Part shown: positions 1-10,198 of the stretch, piece after piece
Layout of the letters: each line of letters starts with the position of its first letter
How positions within the stretch are numbered: position 1 is the first letter of the stretch
Source of the DNA: a virus
IMG/VR virus record: IMGVR_UViG_3300037502_002220
Location: 41,445-105,444 of that record
Reading direction: 5' to 3' (one strand)
DNA: 64,000 bases
Notes under the pieces: model-generated
Databases searched by the model: none
What the model was told of the DNA's origin: nothing
The model's input: the letters and a program-made list of their open reading frames with translations, nothing else
Program-made: the position numbers and the translations under genes

Positions 1-2
1 TT

Positions 3-3000
3 ACTGTAGAAACAACTATAAATGCTAACTCACCTATTGTAGAAGAACTAACATTACGCTTAGATCAACTTAGGATTAAAACTAAAGAAGAAACGCTAGA
101 GCCTGAAGAACTTAATGATGAAGAAGCAGTTACTAATGACCATCCGTTTCTAAAAGCTAGCTGGGAAACAAATCCAGAAGATAACATTACACTAGCTATG
201 AAGATCTTTGCTACTTCAATAGAGAGTTCACAGCTTAGTGATTACTACGCACTACCTAAACCAGAGCCTTCTGGTAAAGTAGTTATGACGTTGTTTAAAG
301 TACTTAAGAATGCTACACATAACTGGGATGTAGTAAAGAACTTACTTGAAAATAACGTAGATACCAATCCTTGGATACAAACTATTCTAGATCGTCTGCA
401 AAATAACTTGAAGTTACGCACACAGTTTGTGCGATCGTTTGTAAAAGCACACTACGATATGTACAGTGGTATCTGGGTTAAAGAAGAACTACAGGTACAA
501 CCACTAGAAGATGAAACTAGGTTTATATCTTTAATACGTGAAGTTAAAGATTACATTAACATACTTGAAGATAGAGAAGGTATAGTTAGTCCTAGTTTAT
601 CAGATCGTAATCTCTCTACTAAAGAGAAGTTTCGTATCCTAACAGGTATAGAACTATCTGATGAAATATTAAAAGGTACAATAAATACTAGCAAAGGTCT
701 TACAACAGGTGAAGAGATTGCCGATAATATAATTGCTGTTACTCGTACAAACATAAATGAAGGAGTTCAGTACAAGGATCTATTTAATAACAAAGTATAT
801 AGACCTACTGATAAATCAGAAAAACCTGAAGATTATTCTGTACTAGGTAACTTACGTCGTCTTCTTAATGAATACAATAAATATAGACCTAGTGAACAAG
901 GTGTAGTACTTAATCATAATCGTGATAGAGTGTGGCCTTGGACTATGCACACATATCAAAAGCAAGTAGAGTCTGCACTTAACCTAGTTGCTAACTTAAC
1001 ACCTAGTGAGCTAGCAACTATTGACTCTGGTATAACTGAAGGTGGATTACTCCCTGAAGAAGTTAATATGCAAAAGCGTATTGCTAAACTTAGAGAGTTG
1101 CTACCTTGGTTTGTAGATTACAAGTTTAACTTTTACGTAGATGAAAATGGATTAACTAGAACTAATTCATTAATACTTAAGCGTATACTAGAACAAGGAG
1201 ATACTTACTCCATATCTATATTTAGTGGTATGCGTTTAGATGATGGTACTGATGCTAAGGATCTACTTACACCAGATATGATACCTATGTACATTAGGTC
1301 TATGAGTGGACTAGAACCTAAGTACATTAGCGTTAAGCATGGTGATCGTGGTGCTATATTTGCTGGTGGTTTTGAAAGTAAAGTAAAATATACAGATAAT
1401 ATAACTGCACAAGACTACTTAGCTTCACTGCTACTAGATGAGATTAACTTAATCCGAGAAAGCAGTAAGTACAGTGTATTTAAAAAGATGGGTGACGGTA
1501 ACCTTAAGCTATTTGAGTTTTTAAACATTGACGCAAATGAACTACAAAAGTTAGTTAACGATACTACATTGACTTCAAACAAGTTACACAAGAAGTATAA
1601 AGAAAGTTTTGATAAGCATGTAGAAGGGATTGAAGCAGACTTTAAAAACTTATTGAAAGAAGTCTACGCTAACTTTGACGGTAAAAGGTTTGATGATGTA
1701 TTTACTAAACCTGGAGAAACAAAAGTACCTTTTTATACTACAGCAGAGGTGTTTAGTATGTACAATAACGATGAAGAAATTCTTATCAAAGAAGTAGTTA
1801 AGAATTATTTGATACACTTCTACGAAGATATGCGTGTATTTGTAGGATACGCAGGTGAGTATCCTAACATGGTAAACTTGTTTAAGCGTATTCAGAGCTT
1901 ATCTTCTTCTGGTACTCCACTAGTTAATGACGGTGAACTTAATAGCTACATTGATAATAAAAATCAACAGGATGCGTACGCAATTATTACAGGTAATGAA
2001 GTTGAAATGCGCACGTATGGTGATCGTAACTTAAAGCAAAAAGGTAAGATTAAAGAGAAAGTACTTATCGGACCTAGGGTTAGTTATACAGAAGCTGAAA
2101 AAGAAAATCTAGCTGCTATCCATAAAGCTAATTTAATCAAAGAAGGATTTCCAGAAGATATTGCAGAAAAGCGTGCTGAAGAATGGGTATCTGTATTTGA
2201 TAAATACGAAGAAGCAGATGGTGTAACATTTACAAATATGTTCTTCTATCGTGAATATAAGATTAGATTAGGTGAGTGGAATCAGAACATGGAAAATGCT
2301 TTTCAGATTGAGCTAGCTATCCTTAATCAGAATACATTAAACCCAGAAGTATTTCTTGCAGAAGGTGATCGTGTATTTGCTAATAGACCTACAGATTTAC
2401 CAGTAATACGCATTAAAGCATTTGATTTAAGTAATGAAAATGCAGCTAGGGTATTTAACAAGTTAGAACCTTTTACTATGCTTAAGCCAGTGTACACTGG
2501 TCCTGTAGAACATCAAGGTGCTACAGTAAATGGTATACGTAAAACAGCATTTCATGTTATATTACCTAGTATGGTATTTGGTACTGATAAGATGCAGAGT
2601 ATACATGATTACATGCTACGTAATAACGTAGATATGATATCGTTAGATAGTGCTACTAAGAAAGCAGTACCTAGTAATGTAGAAGATATTAATGTAGAAA
2701 TATATTCTACTAACGAAGACACGTTTACAATCTTAGATACTATGTATCTTAAAGAACAAGTAAAGATGTCTAACGATGAAAAGGGTAGGATTAAAAACGC
2801 TACACAGTCTACTACAATAGTATTTACTAATATTTTTGAAGAAGATCCTAGAGGGTTTTCTAAACCAAAAGATTACACAGGTGAAAGACCTTGGAATGAA
2901 CTTACTGATGAAGAGAAGTTAGCTCAGAGTAAAGTATTTACTAAACACACAAAGTACAAAGAAGCACTTGATGCTGTTGTAACAATGCACATGGATCGTG

Positions 3001-6000
3001 TTAAAGAAGATCTAGGTGTAGTTGGTGATAACATTACAGACATTGAACTTGTTACAGAAATACTTAGAACTAACATTAACGTACCTTCAGTTAGAGATGC
3101 TTTAAATTATGTAACAGAAGCTAAGAGTTTAGACTTATTACCTAGCTTTAATAGGATTGAACCAGCGTTACTTAGTATTGTAAGTAATGAAGCTGTTAGG
3201 ATTAAACGTCCTGGTGAGATGCTAGCTCAATACTCTGTCTATGGTATGGATGAAGTTACAATATCTGGTGTTAAATCTAAGCGTCTTCAGAACTATAGAA
3301 TTGAAGGTAATGTAATTAGACCAGCAGAGATTATTGTACCGCTACCTAAGAGTATGGCTGCTCAGTTAATGAAGAGGTTTAAAACTAATAACTTAGTAGA
3401 AGCTATACAAAGATATAACAGTAGAGATAAAAAAATTATTGTAAAAGGTTTGCGTATTCCTAATCAGCAGTTATCGTTTAACGGTATCTACGAAATTAAA
3501 GAGTTTGCACTACCTACAATGCAAAACTATATTGTATTACCTAGTGAGATTGTACCAGTAAGTTCTTCTGACTTTGACATTGATAAGCAACAAGTGTACT
3601 GGCCTATACTTGATGATAGAGGTAACATGGTTCAAACAGATGAAGCTGGTGTATATAATAGGTTACTTCAAGCTGAAATAGATCTGTTGTTAGATCCATC
3701 TAATTTTCACACGTTGATGGCACCAGTAAATGAAGCTTGGTTTAGTAAAGATCTATTTAAAGACATATTAATAAAACGCGGTGAGTATACTGCAGAACAA
3801 TTAAATAGTGACGAGAAGTTAGAAAATGCTGTAATCAAGTTTACGTTTAAGGAAATTGGTAACATCGCTAGTCAAATACGTACTGCTATTAACATGACGC
3901 AATCTAAGCTTAACGTAGGTCTTATGGCTACTAACGCTAAGATGTATCCTGTAGGTCAAGCAGATTCTTGGAAAGCTAGTAGCGTAGTAGCTAATGAAGA
4001 TGATATCCTTATAGCTAACTTGATACCTTTTGAAGGTGATAAGCAACACTTCTTTGCACTGTATGATTCTGATTACAGACATATTACAGAAATTATTAGT
4101 ACGTTAATGACATCGCAGTTAGATGGCGTTAAGAACCCATATGCTGTAGCATTAAACATTGTTAAGAATAGTATTGGACCAATGATGTTTATGGTTAGAC
4201 GTGGTATGCCTATTAACTTAATAGCTAGGATTATTGCGTCACCTGTAGTAACGAGGTATAACACAGTTACTAACTTGTATAAATCTAACTCAGCTAAAGC
4301 TAGACGTATATACCCTAAGACTAAGGGGAAGAGTAACGTACTTAATTTTATGTACGATTTTAGCGGTAAAAACGCAATAGAAAATTATTTAAACGAGTTT
4401 AAAAATAGAGATAGGATAGTAAGCTCTGCTACTGTTCTTAAAGCATTATCAGATAAAACATTAAAGACTGAAGATAGTCTTCAAGTACTTGCTGGTTATA
4501 TGTACGTTGAAGAACTAGCTAAAGCTATGTTGGAGATATCTACTGCGATGACACCTGATACTAAGCCATTAGGTAACATGTCTATGGTAGATGTAATGTC
4601 TGAAAAATATAAAGACTTTGACAACAACTTTCGTCGTAGAGCAGCTATGATAGATAAAGATTTTAAAACTGGATTTTTAAAACCTTTCTACAATGCTCAA
4701 AAGTTGTATCAACTGTTTGGTAACTTATACTTTACTAGAAAAGATAAATTAGCTAATTACTTAACGGTAGAGTTAGGTACACAAGTTAGTGCTGGTGCTA
4801 TATCTGTAGATGATAGAGCTAGAGTTAAGAACACGTTTGTTAATGACTTTAAAGCGTATATGTTCTTTAAAAAACTTAACGAAAGTAAAGAATATAAAGG
4901 TAAGTACACATTTGATGCTATCATGACTAATAGTAATCTTGTAGATGAAATTGCAAGCATACGACAAGATGAAACGCACCCTATGAGTACTAACTACCTA
5001 ATACAGAATTTAATTCCTATTACAGGTATAGCTACAGATCCAGATGGTACTACACCTTTGTATTTACTTAAGCTAAGAAGTAGGGGTGATAACGCGTTAC
5101 ATCTTTACGATCTGTATCAAAACTTTGAAGATCTTGTAGATTCTGTTGTAGGTACAGAGTATGAAGCAAGTATGCACGAACTTGTACGTAAACTTATTGC
5201 ATATAACGTATACACTACTGGATTTGGATTCTCACCATTTACATTAGATGATGCAGTATCACCTAGGTTAGTTAATAAACTTTACAAAGAAATAGATTTC
5301 TATAACACTAAAATTACAGAAGAAGATGTTACACAGTTTGCTAACTTGTTTGTAGCTATGAACCCTAATGTGTTTAGGTTCACGATTAAACCTAAGAAAA
5401 ATGAAACAAACTTTTTTAGAAATGTGAAGTATAAGTGGGACGGTACTTTTACAGCTAATGAAACAGACGTAACTATCTTAGGTAACTCGTACGCTAAACG
5501 TTATGATAGTAAAGTACCTAAGTACTTAACTATTCCTGTTCCACGTGGAACTCAAGCTCAAGTACAACCTACGCCTGTAACTGAACAACAGATTCCTGAT
5601 GAACTTAAATGTTCTACACCTGGGTCAAAAGCAGAAGAAGGTATGTCTTTTGGATTTACACCAGGTAGTAACTGGGAGATAATCAAAGATTTTAAAGGAC
5701 CTTCGCATGAATACGGTGGTATAGATATTATGGTTGAAGGTGGTACTATACGTATGTCTGATAAAGAAGGTGATGTTAAAGCACCAGATGGGGTAGTTAT
5801 ATCTAAAATTATGTCTAAGCTTAATCCTAAAAACTGGGGTGTTACTGATTATACAGATAAAGGTAGTTTTGATGACGCATTTTTATCTGCGCGGAATGCT
5901 GAAGAAAAAGAATTTATGTATAAAAATAAAAGGTACACTACTGCGCAAAAAGGAGAAGATAGACCAGAGAGTTCTTTTAACTTAAGTAAGCCGCAAAGAG

Positions 6001-6725
6001 AAAGAATATACAATTCTGTGAGACCTGTAGGTTATCCTGCTGATGAAATGATACCTGCTGCTAAAAGATACATAACGGGAAGTAAGTTTTCAGATGCAGA
6101 AAGCGCTGAAGTAAGAACGGTTGAAGATGAAGATGCATGGGCATTTTTTATGGGATTACCTCAGCAAAAAAATTCAGTAACTGAGTCAAAGTATAGACCT
6201 TCTAGCGCTAAAGATAAAAACACAAGATATTACACACTGAGAAATGCGTATCCAAATTTTGATGAAACTGTTATTAATAACGCAGAAGCTGCTTTTACAG
6301 TTAACAAAAAATTAAACGCGGGTACTGTAAGAGGTGTTGAATCTTCATTTTTACCTTTAGAAAATGTAACTTTTTCTAAAGGTAAAGATGAGAGAGGAGA
6401 TTATTATTCTATGTACGATGTGTATGATTTTAGCATTCCTTTTGAAGGAAAAATAGGAAAACCTTATGAAGTATATGACAGGGTTTATTATAAAGATTAC
6501 GGAGATGGTGTTCGTAAACCTATGTATTATACCGACAATGAGCTTTTATCTTTAGACGTAAATAAAAAGAATTTTGATACACTAGCGTTGCAAAAAGAAT
6601 TATCTAACAGAGGTGTTACCTTTAAAAAGTCTGTAAAAAAAGATGGTTCTTTTGATGGTATATTTGGAGAAGAAACTAAAGCTGCGTTGTTAGATTATCA
6701 GAATAAAAACAAACCTAAGAAATGA
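3..6725 (+). CDS. Giant virion-associated DNA-dependent RNA polymerase, crAss-like, 5'-truncated, with C-terminal extension ending in a peptidoglycan-binding-like motif
   Basis: Frame is open from nt 3, upstream of the listed ATG at 198. Catalytic motif SSDFDIDK (crAss-type DxDxD) preceded by GLRIPNQ; more than 2200 aa; C-terminal ALQKEL...DGIFGEETKAAL. Confidence 0.9.
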   Translation, partial: TVETTINANSPIVEELTLRLDQLRIKTKEETLEPEELNDEEAVTNDHPFLKASWETNPEDNITLAMKIFATSIESSQLSDYYALPKPEPSGKVVMTLFKVLKNATHNWDVVKNLLENNVDTNPWIQTILDRLQNNLKLRTQFVRSFVKAHYDMYSGIWVKEELQVQPLEDETRFISLIREVKDYINILEDREGIVSPSLSDRNLSTKEKFRILTGIELSDEILKGTINTSKGLTTGEEIADNIIAVTRTNINEGVQYKDLFNNKVYRPTDKSEKPEDYSVLGNLRRLLNEYNKYRPSEQGVVLNHNRDRVWPWTMHTYQKQVESALNLVANLTPSELATIDSGITEGGLLPEEVNMQKRIAKLRELLPWFVDYKFNFYVDENGLTRTNSLILKRILEQGDTYSISIFSGMRLDDGTDAKDLLTPDMIPMYIRSMSGLEPKYISVKHGDRGAIFAGGFESKVKYTDNITAQDYLASLLLDEINLIRESSKYSVFKKMGDGNLKLFEFLNIDANELQKLVNDTTLTSNKLHKKYKESFDKHVEGIEADFKNLLKEVYANFDGKRFDDVFTKPGETKVPFYTTAEVFSMYNNDEEILIKEVVKNYLIHFYEDMRVFVGYAGEYPNMVNLFKRIQSLSSSGTPLVNDGELNSYIDNKNQQDAYAIITGNEVEMRTYGDRNLKQKGKIKEKVLIGPRVSYTEAEKENLAAIHKANLIKEGFPEDIAEKRAEEWVSVFDKYEEADGVTFTNMFFYREYKIRLGEWNQNMENAFQIELAILNQNTLNPEVFLAEGDRVFANRPTDLPVIRIKAFDLSNENAARVFNKLEPFTMLKPVYTGPVEHQGATVNGIRKTAFHVILPSMVFGTDKMQSIHDYMLRNNVDMISLDSATKKAVPSNVEDINVEIYSTNEDTFTILDTMYLKEQVKMSNDEKGRIKNATQSTTIVFTNIFEEDPRGFSKPKDYTGERPWNELTDEEKLAQSKVFTKHTKYKEALDAVVTMHMDRVKEDLGVVGDNITDIELVTEILRTNINVPSVRDALNYVTEAKSLDLLPSFNRIEPALLSIVSNEAVRIKRPGEMLAQYSVYGMDEVTISGVKSKRLQNYRIEGNVIRPAEIIVPLPKSMAAQLMKRFKTNNLVEAIQRYNSRDKKIIVKGLRIPNQQLSFNGIYEIKEFALPTMQNYIVLPSEIVPVSSSDFDIDKQQVYWPILDDRGNMVQTDEAGVYNRLLQAEIDLLLDPSNFHTLMAPVNEAWFSKDLFKDILIKRGEYTAEQLNSDEKLENAVIKFTFKEIGNIASQIRTAINMTQSKLNVGLMATNAKMYPVGQADSWKASSVVANEDDILIANLIPFEGDKQHFFALYDSDYRHITEIISTLMTSQLDGVKNPYAVALNIVKNSIGPMMFMVRRGMPINLIARIIASPVVTRYNTVTNLYKSNSAKARRIYPKTKGKSNVLNFMYDFSGKNAIENYLNEFKNRDRIVSSATVLKALSDKTLKTEDSLQVLAGYMYVEELAKAMLEISTAMTPDTKPLGNMSMVDVMSEKYKDFDNNFRRRAAMIDKDFKTGFLKPFYNAQKLYQLFGNLYFTRKDKLANYLTVELGTQVSAGAISVDDRARVKNTFVNDFKAYMFFKKLNESKEYKGKYTFDAIMTNSNLVDEIASIRQDETHPMSTNYLIQNLIPITGIATDPDGTTPLYLLKLRSRGDNALHLYDLYQNFEDLVDSVVGTEYEASMHELVRKLIAYNVYTTGFGFSPFTLDDAVSPRLVNKLYKEIDFYNTKITEEDVTQFANLFVAMNPNVFRFTIKPKKNETNFFRNVKYKWDGTFTANETDVTILGNSYAKRYDSKVPKYLTIPVPRGTQAQVQPTPVTEQQIPDELKCSTPGSKAEEGMSFGFTPGSNWEIIKDFKGPSHEYGGIDIMVEGGTIRMSDKEGDVKAPDGVVISKIMSKLNPKNWGVTDYTDKGSFDDAFLSARNAEEKEFMYKNKRYTTAQKGEDRPESSFNLSKPQRERIYNSVRPVGYPADEMIPAAKRYITGSKFSDAESAEVRTVEDEDAWAFFMGLPQQKNSVTESKYRPSSAKDKNTRYYTLRNAYPNFDETVINNAEAAFTVNKKLNAGTVRGVESSFLPLENVTFSKGKDERGDYYSMYDVYDFSIPFEGKIGKPYEVYDRVYYKDYGDGVRKPMYYTDNELLSLDVNKKNFDTLALQKELSNRGVTFKKSVKKDGSFDGIFGEETKAALLDYQNKNKPKK

Positions 6726-6907
6726 AACCTAAGCACATTGAAGTAGAAGGTGGTGAAATAGCTATACGTAATAAGAACGGTGATATAGCTATTATACCTA
6801 AGTATAAGAAACGTTGGTTGCAAAGTCAAATGCGAAAAGGGTGCCACTCTTGTATAGATGAATTTGTAAAAACACTACCTTCGTATAAAGATCTTAAAGA
6901 TAAATAA
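6722..6907 (+). CDS. Small protein with EVEGGE motif and CxxC
   Basis: ATGA overlap with the RNAP gene. IEVEGGEIAIRNKNGD resembles IMVEGGTIRMSDKEGD in the RNAP tail. Confidence 0.7.
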   Translation: MKPKHIEVEGGEIAIRNKNGDIAIIPKYKKRWLQSQMRKGCHSCIDEFVKTLPSYKDLKDK

Positions 6908-6908
6908 C

Positions 6909-9302
6909 ATGGCTTGTCAAATTAAAAGAAAAGATAACGGTACTATAGATACTGTACTAGCACCTAATGGTAAACCTAGTGTGTTATACAACTCACTTGT
7001 AAATGCTATTGCTAGCTCAGAAGTAACTAGGAACGTTATACAATCTGATCCTTATGTAAGTTCTGTAATGGATAGTGTATATGTAATGGATAACACTGCT
7101 GAAGAACTTGCACTAGCTGCTTGGAGTAAGGCGTACACTGTAGACTTTATAGATAGCTTTGGTAACTGGAAAGAAGATAAGCTACCTAATACAGATAGTA
7201 ACGGTGAGCCTACTATAAACATGTTATTTCCAGAGATTGCAGATACTGGTGTTAAACCTGGTGTATCTGAGCTGTTTGAATCTAATCCTGAGTTAGCTAA
7301 TGTAGGCACACAAGAACAATACTCTGCATACCTAGACCAAGTGTTTCCAGATAGCAAGGTTAAAGACATCATGTATCATGGTAGTGATAAAACGTTTAAT
7401 AAATTTTCAAAAGAATTTGCAAGAGCTGATAGACCTTATTTTTATTTTTCATTTGCTGAAGAAGCTAACATGTATAAAGAAGCAAGAGGAGGTTCTTATA
7501 TTTACCCTGTTATTTTAAATGTTAAAAATTATGCTACAGGTTATACTCCTGATGAATTAGAAATAGATACTGTTAATAATTTAATAAAACAAGGATATGA
7601 TGCTGTTGCTGGTAGAGGTTGGACAACAAGAGAAGAAGTAGCAGTATTTGAACCAGAACAAATACACATATTAGGTACCCCACAAGACATAGAAGGGTTT
7701 AAAAGATTTGTATCTAAACCTACACAATCTGTTAGACTTTTTTCAAGTGAAGAGTATTCTAAAAACACTCGTGCGTATGTAGAAGAAGTTGAAAGAGTTA
7801 CCCGACTTATTGAAAATAAATTAAAGATTAAAGAAAAATCTTTTGTAGGTAAAACAACTGACAAGTTTGTTGAAAAACAAGATTATTTAAACGATGTTTT
7901 AAAACAGCTATTAAATAACATAGGTTTACCTAATACTATAACTAGCTTAGAAGAATTAAAAGCTGGGTTACAGGATGGTACAATCTTAAAATATATTCAG
8001 AAGGAATATGATTTTTACAAGCAAAAAACTATTAAGACAAAAGGAAATCTAAACACATTGAACTCTAACGTCAGAGTATTAAATAGATTTTTAAAATCTT
8101 TAGATATAAACGCATATTCTATAGAACAACAAGAGTTAATAAGAAAATCTTTTCCTGCACTGTTTGAAGATTTAGGTAGGTATAAATCTAAAGCGCAAGC
8201 ACTGTCTTATTACAAGCAAGTTGTAAATACACCTAAGTTTTTAAATAAAGCTTTAAACTTACAGTACGTTAAGACACAGTACTTTACTGCACAATCTAAG
8301 CTAAACAAATTTGAAAATTTATTGAACTATAACACATTGTCTCCAGAAGATTTTCAATATAGAATATACAAAGTTGTTGAAAATGAGCTGGATAGGAGAA
8401 GTGAGTTTTTTGATTCTAATAAAATGCAAGCTGTTGTGTTAGCTGAAAAAGAAAAAATAGCTAAGCAGACTTACGAAAAAAGTGTAAAAGGGTTATTAGA
8501 AAGATTTAGTAAAAATGAGAACACTGTTTCAGGTAAGATAGCTAAGGTATTTTTAGAACATCCTAATACATTAAACGCAATTAAAGCAGAAAACATAAAC
8601 AAAACTATTTTTGGATTTGCAGGAGGAGAGTGGAAAGGAGACGGTACTTTAAATGTTAACTTTAAAGACGAACAATCTCTAAAGCACATATTGTTACATG
8701 AGTTAACACATCATTTTACAGTACCTTATGTTTTTACTTATTTAAAAAATCATTCTAACATAGATAAGTATGTAGGTTTTTCTGAAAGATTTCCTTCAGA
8801 AGAAGACTTAAAAGAAAGTATAGAATATTCTGTAAAAGAATTAACTCGACAGGAAGTAGATTCTATTTCTAAATTAGAAGATATTTACATTCATGTTTTA
8901 AATTTACATAAGCAAGGTAAGATACAATTTACTAACAGAGAGTTTTCTGCAAATCCTGAATATGGATTAGAAAATCTTTATGAGTTTATATCAGAGGTAA
9001 TATCTAACCCGTATTTTGCTGCAGAGATAGCTAAGCAGCCTGGTTTGTTTAATAAAAAATCTAATCTTCTTAAAGATATTATTTATGCTATCTTTAAAAT
9101 GTTTGGGATAAATAATAACAATTCTTTATTAGAAGATGTATATAACTTGTTTGAAGATTCTTTTTTATATAAAGATGAAAAGTATAACTTTAAATCTTTA
9201 GTAGAATCGAAGTCAAGTTTTAAGTACAACTTACCTCAAGTTCAACAATCTATAAGTGATGAGTGGACTAACGTAAAAAATAACTGTCCTAAACTAATTT
9301 AA
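6909..9302 (+). CDS. Polyvalent virion cargo protein: ADP-ribosyltransferase-like (ART-PolyVal) plus zincin metallopeptidase
   Basis: APNGKPS..FGNW..DSNGEP N-terminal motif; YHGS..YFS..GYDA..EVAVFEPEQI ART pattern; HELTH (HExxH) with downstream EFISE. Confidence 0.7.
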   Translation: MACQIKRKDNGTIDTVLAPNGKPSVLYNSLVNAIASSEVTRNVIQSDPYVSSVMDSVYVMDNTAEELALAAWSKAYTVDFIDSFGNWKEDKLPNTDSNGEPTINMLFPEIADTGVKPGVSELFESNPELANVGTQEQYSAYLDQVFPDSKVKDIMYHGSDKTFNKFSKEFARADRPYFYFSFAEEANMYKEARGGSYIYPVILNVKNYATGYTPDELEIDTVNNLIKQGYDAVAGRGWTTREEVAVFEPEQIHILGTPQDIEGFKRFVSKPTQSVRLFSSEEYSKNTRAYVEEVERVTRLIENKLKIKEKSFVGKTTDKFVEKQDYLNDVLKQLLNNIGLPNTITSLEELKAGLQDGTILKYIQKEYDFYKQKTIKTKGNLNTLNSNVRVLNRFLKSLDINAYSIEQQELIRKSFPALFEDLGRYKSKAQALSYYKQVVNTPKFLNKALNLQYVKTQYFTAQSKLNKFENLLNYNTLSPEDFQYRIYKVVENELDRRSEFFDSNKMQAVVLAEKEKIAKQTYEKSVKGLLERFSKNENTVSGKIAKVFLEHPNTLNAIKAENINKTIFGFAGGEWKGDGTLNVNFKDEQSLKHILLHELTHHFTVPYVFTYLKNHSNIDKYVGFSERFPSEEDLKESIEYSVKELTRQEVDSISKLEDIYIHVLNLHKQGKIQFTNREFSANPEYGLENLYEFISEVISNPYFAAEIAKQPGLFNKKSNLLKDIIYAIFKMFGINNNNSLLEDVYNLFEDSFLYKDEKYNFKSLVESKSSFKYNLPQVQQSISDEWTNVKNNCPKLI

Positions 9303-9314
9303 AATTATACAACT

Positions 9315-9806
9315 ATGATGTTAGATAAAGAACTATTAGAACTGTTTAACTACAGGATCAACCAGGAAGAAGCTAGTGCTAGGTTATATCTTAAAATGTC
9401 TATACACTTAAATGACGTAGGATATTTTAACGCCGCTAAGTTGTGGAAGAAGTTCTCAGAAGAAGAACGTGAGCACGCAGATATCGCACGTAAGTATTTA
9501 CTTGCACTAGACATTGAACCAGAGACTAGAGATATTATTGTACCTAACAAAGAGTTTAACGGTCTAGATGGTGTTATTAACGCTACACTAGAACATGAGT
9601 ATGAAGTTACACAGCAGTGTGAAGACTTAGCTAAAGCTTGTCTTAAACAACTGTGTTTTAAATCATTCTCTATTGCACAAGAATATATTAAAATACAAAT
9701 ACACGAGCTTGAGGAATACCACGACATGAAGAATAGATTAGATCTATTTGGTACAGATCCTATTAGCTTACGTTTGTATGATAACGAACTCAAAGATATG
9801 TTATGA
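9315..9806 (+). CDS. Ferritin-like protein
   Basis: 163 aa; ferroxidase-like pattern QEEASARLY..EEEREHA..LEHE..Q..E. Confidence 0.85.
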   Translation: MMLDKELLELFNYRINQEEASARLYLKMSIHLNDVGYFNAAKLWKKFSEEEREHADIARKYLLALDIEPETRDIIVPNKEFNGLDGVINATLEHEYEVTQQCEDLAKACLKQLCFKSFSIAQEYIKIQIHELEEYHDMKNRLDLFGTDPISLRLYDNELKDML

Positions 9807-10198
9807 GCTGCGCACCCTTTAGTGATCCACTGATGAACGCATTATCATATCTATATACAAATAAAGCTATAGATAAGGATATGCGCATCAGAACTAAACG
9901 CATAGACTTCTACTTGAACATCCTTGATAAACAAGCTGGTGTCAAGCTATTTGATATCATGGAAGATACACTAGTACCTATCCAAGAGAACTTTAATACT
10001 ATGCGTGGTCTAGAGCAAGCTGATGAAGTAGCACCAATACCGTCTTATACAGATCGTATTGCAGAAGGTAGATCAGAAGCTAAGGAAGTGTGGAATAACT
10101 CTGATAAAAAACTACCTTCTGGTTTTGACGAAGATCAGCGCATGTACTTAGAAGAATTATTTAATGAAGGTATATTAGAACTTAACTGTACGTTATGA
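9803..10198 (+). CDS. Hypothetical protein in cargo block
   Basis: ATGA-coupled on both sides; begins MSC and ends LNCTL. Confidence 0.7.
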   Translation: MSCAPFSDPLMNALSYLYTNKAIDKDMRIRTKRIDFYLNILDKQAGVKLFDIMEDTLVPIQENFNTMRGLEQADEVAPIPSYTDRIAEGRSEAKEVWNNSDKKLPSGFDEDQRMYLEELFNEGILELNCTL

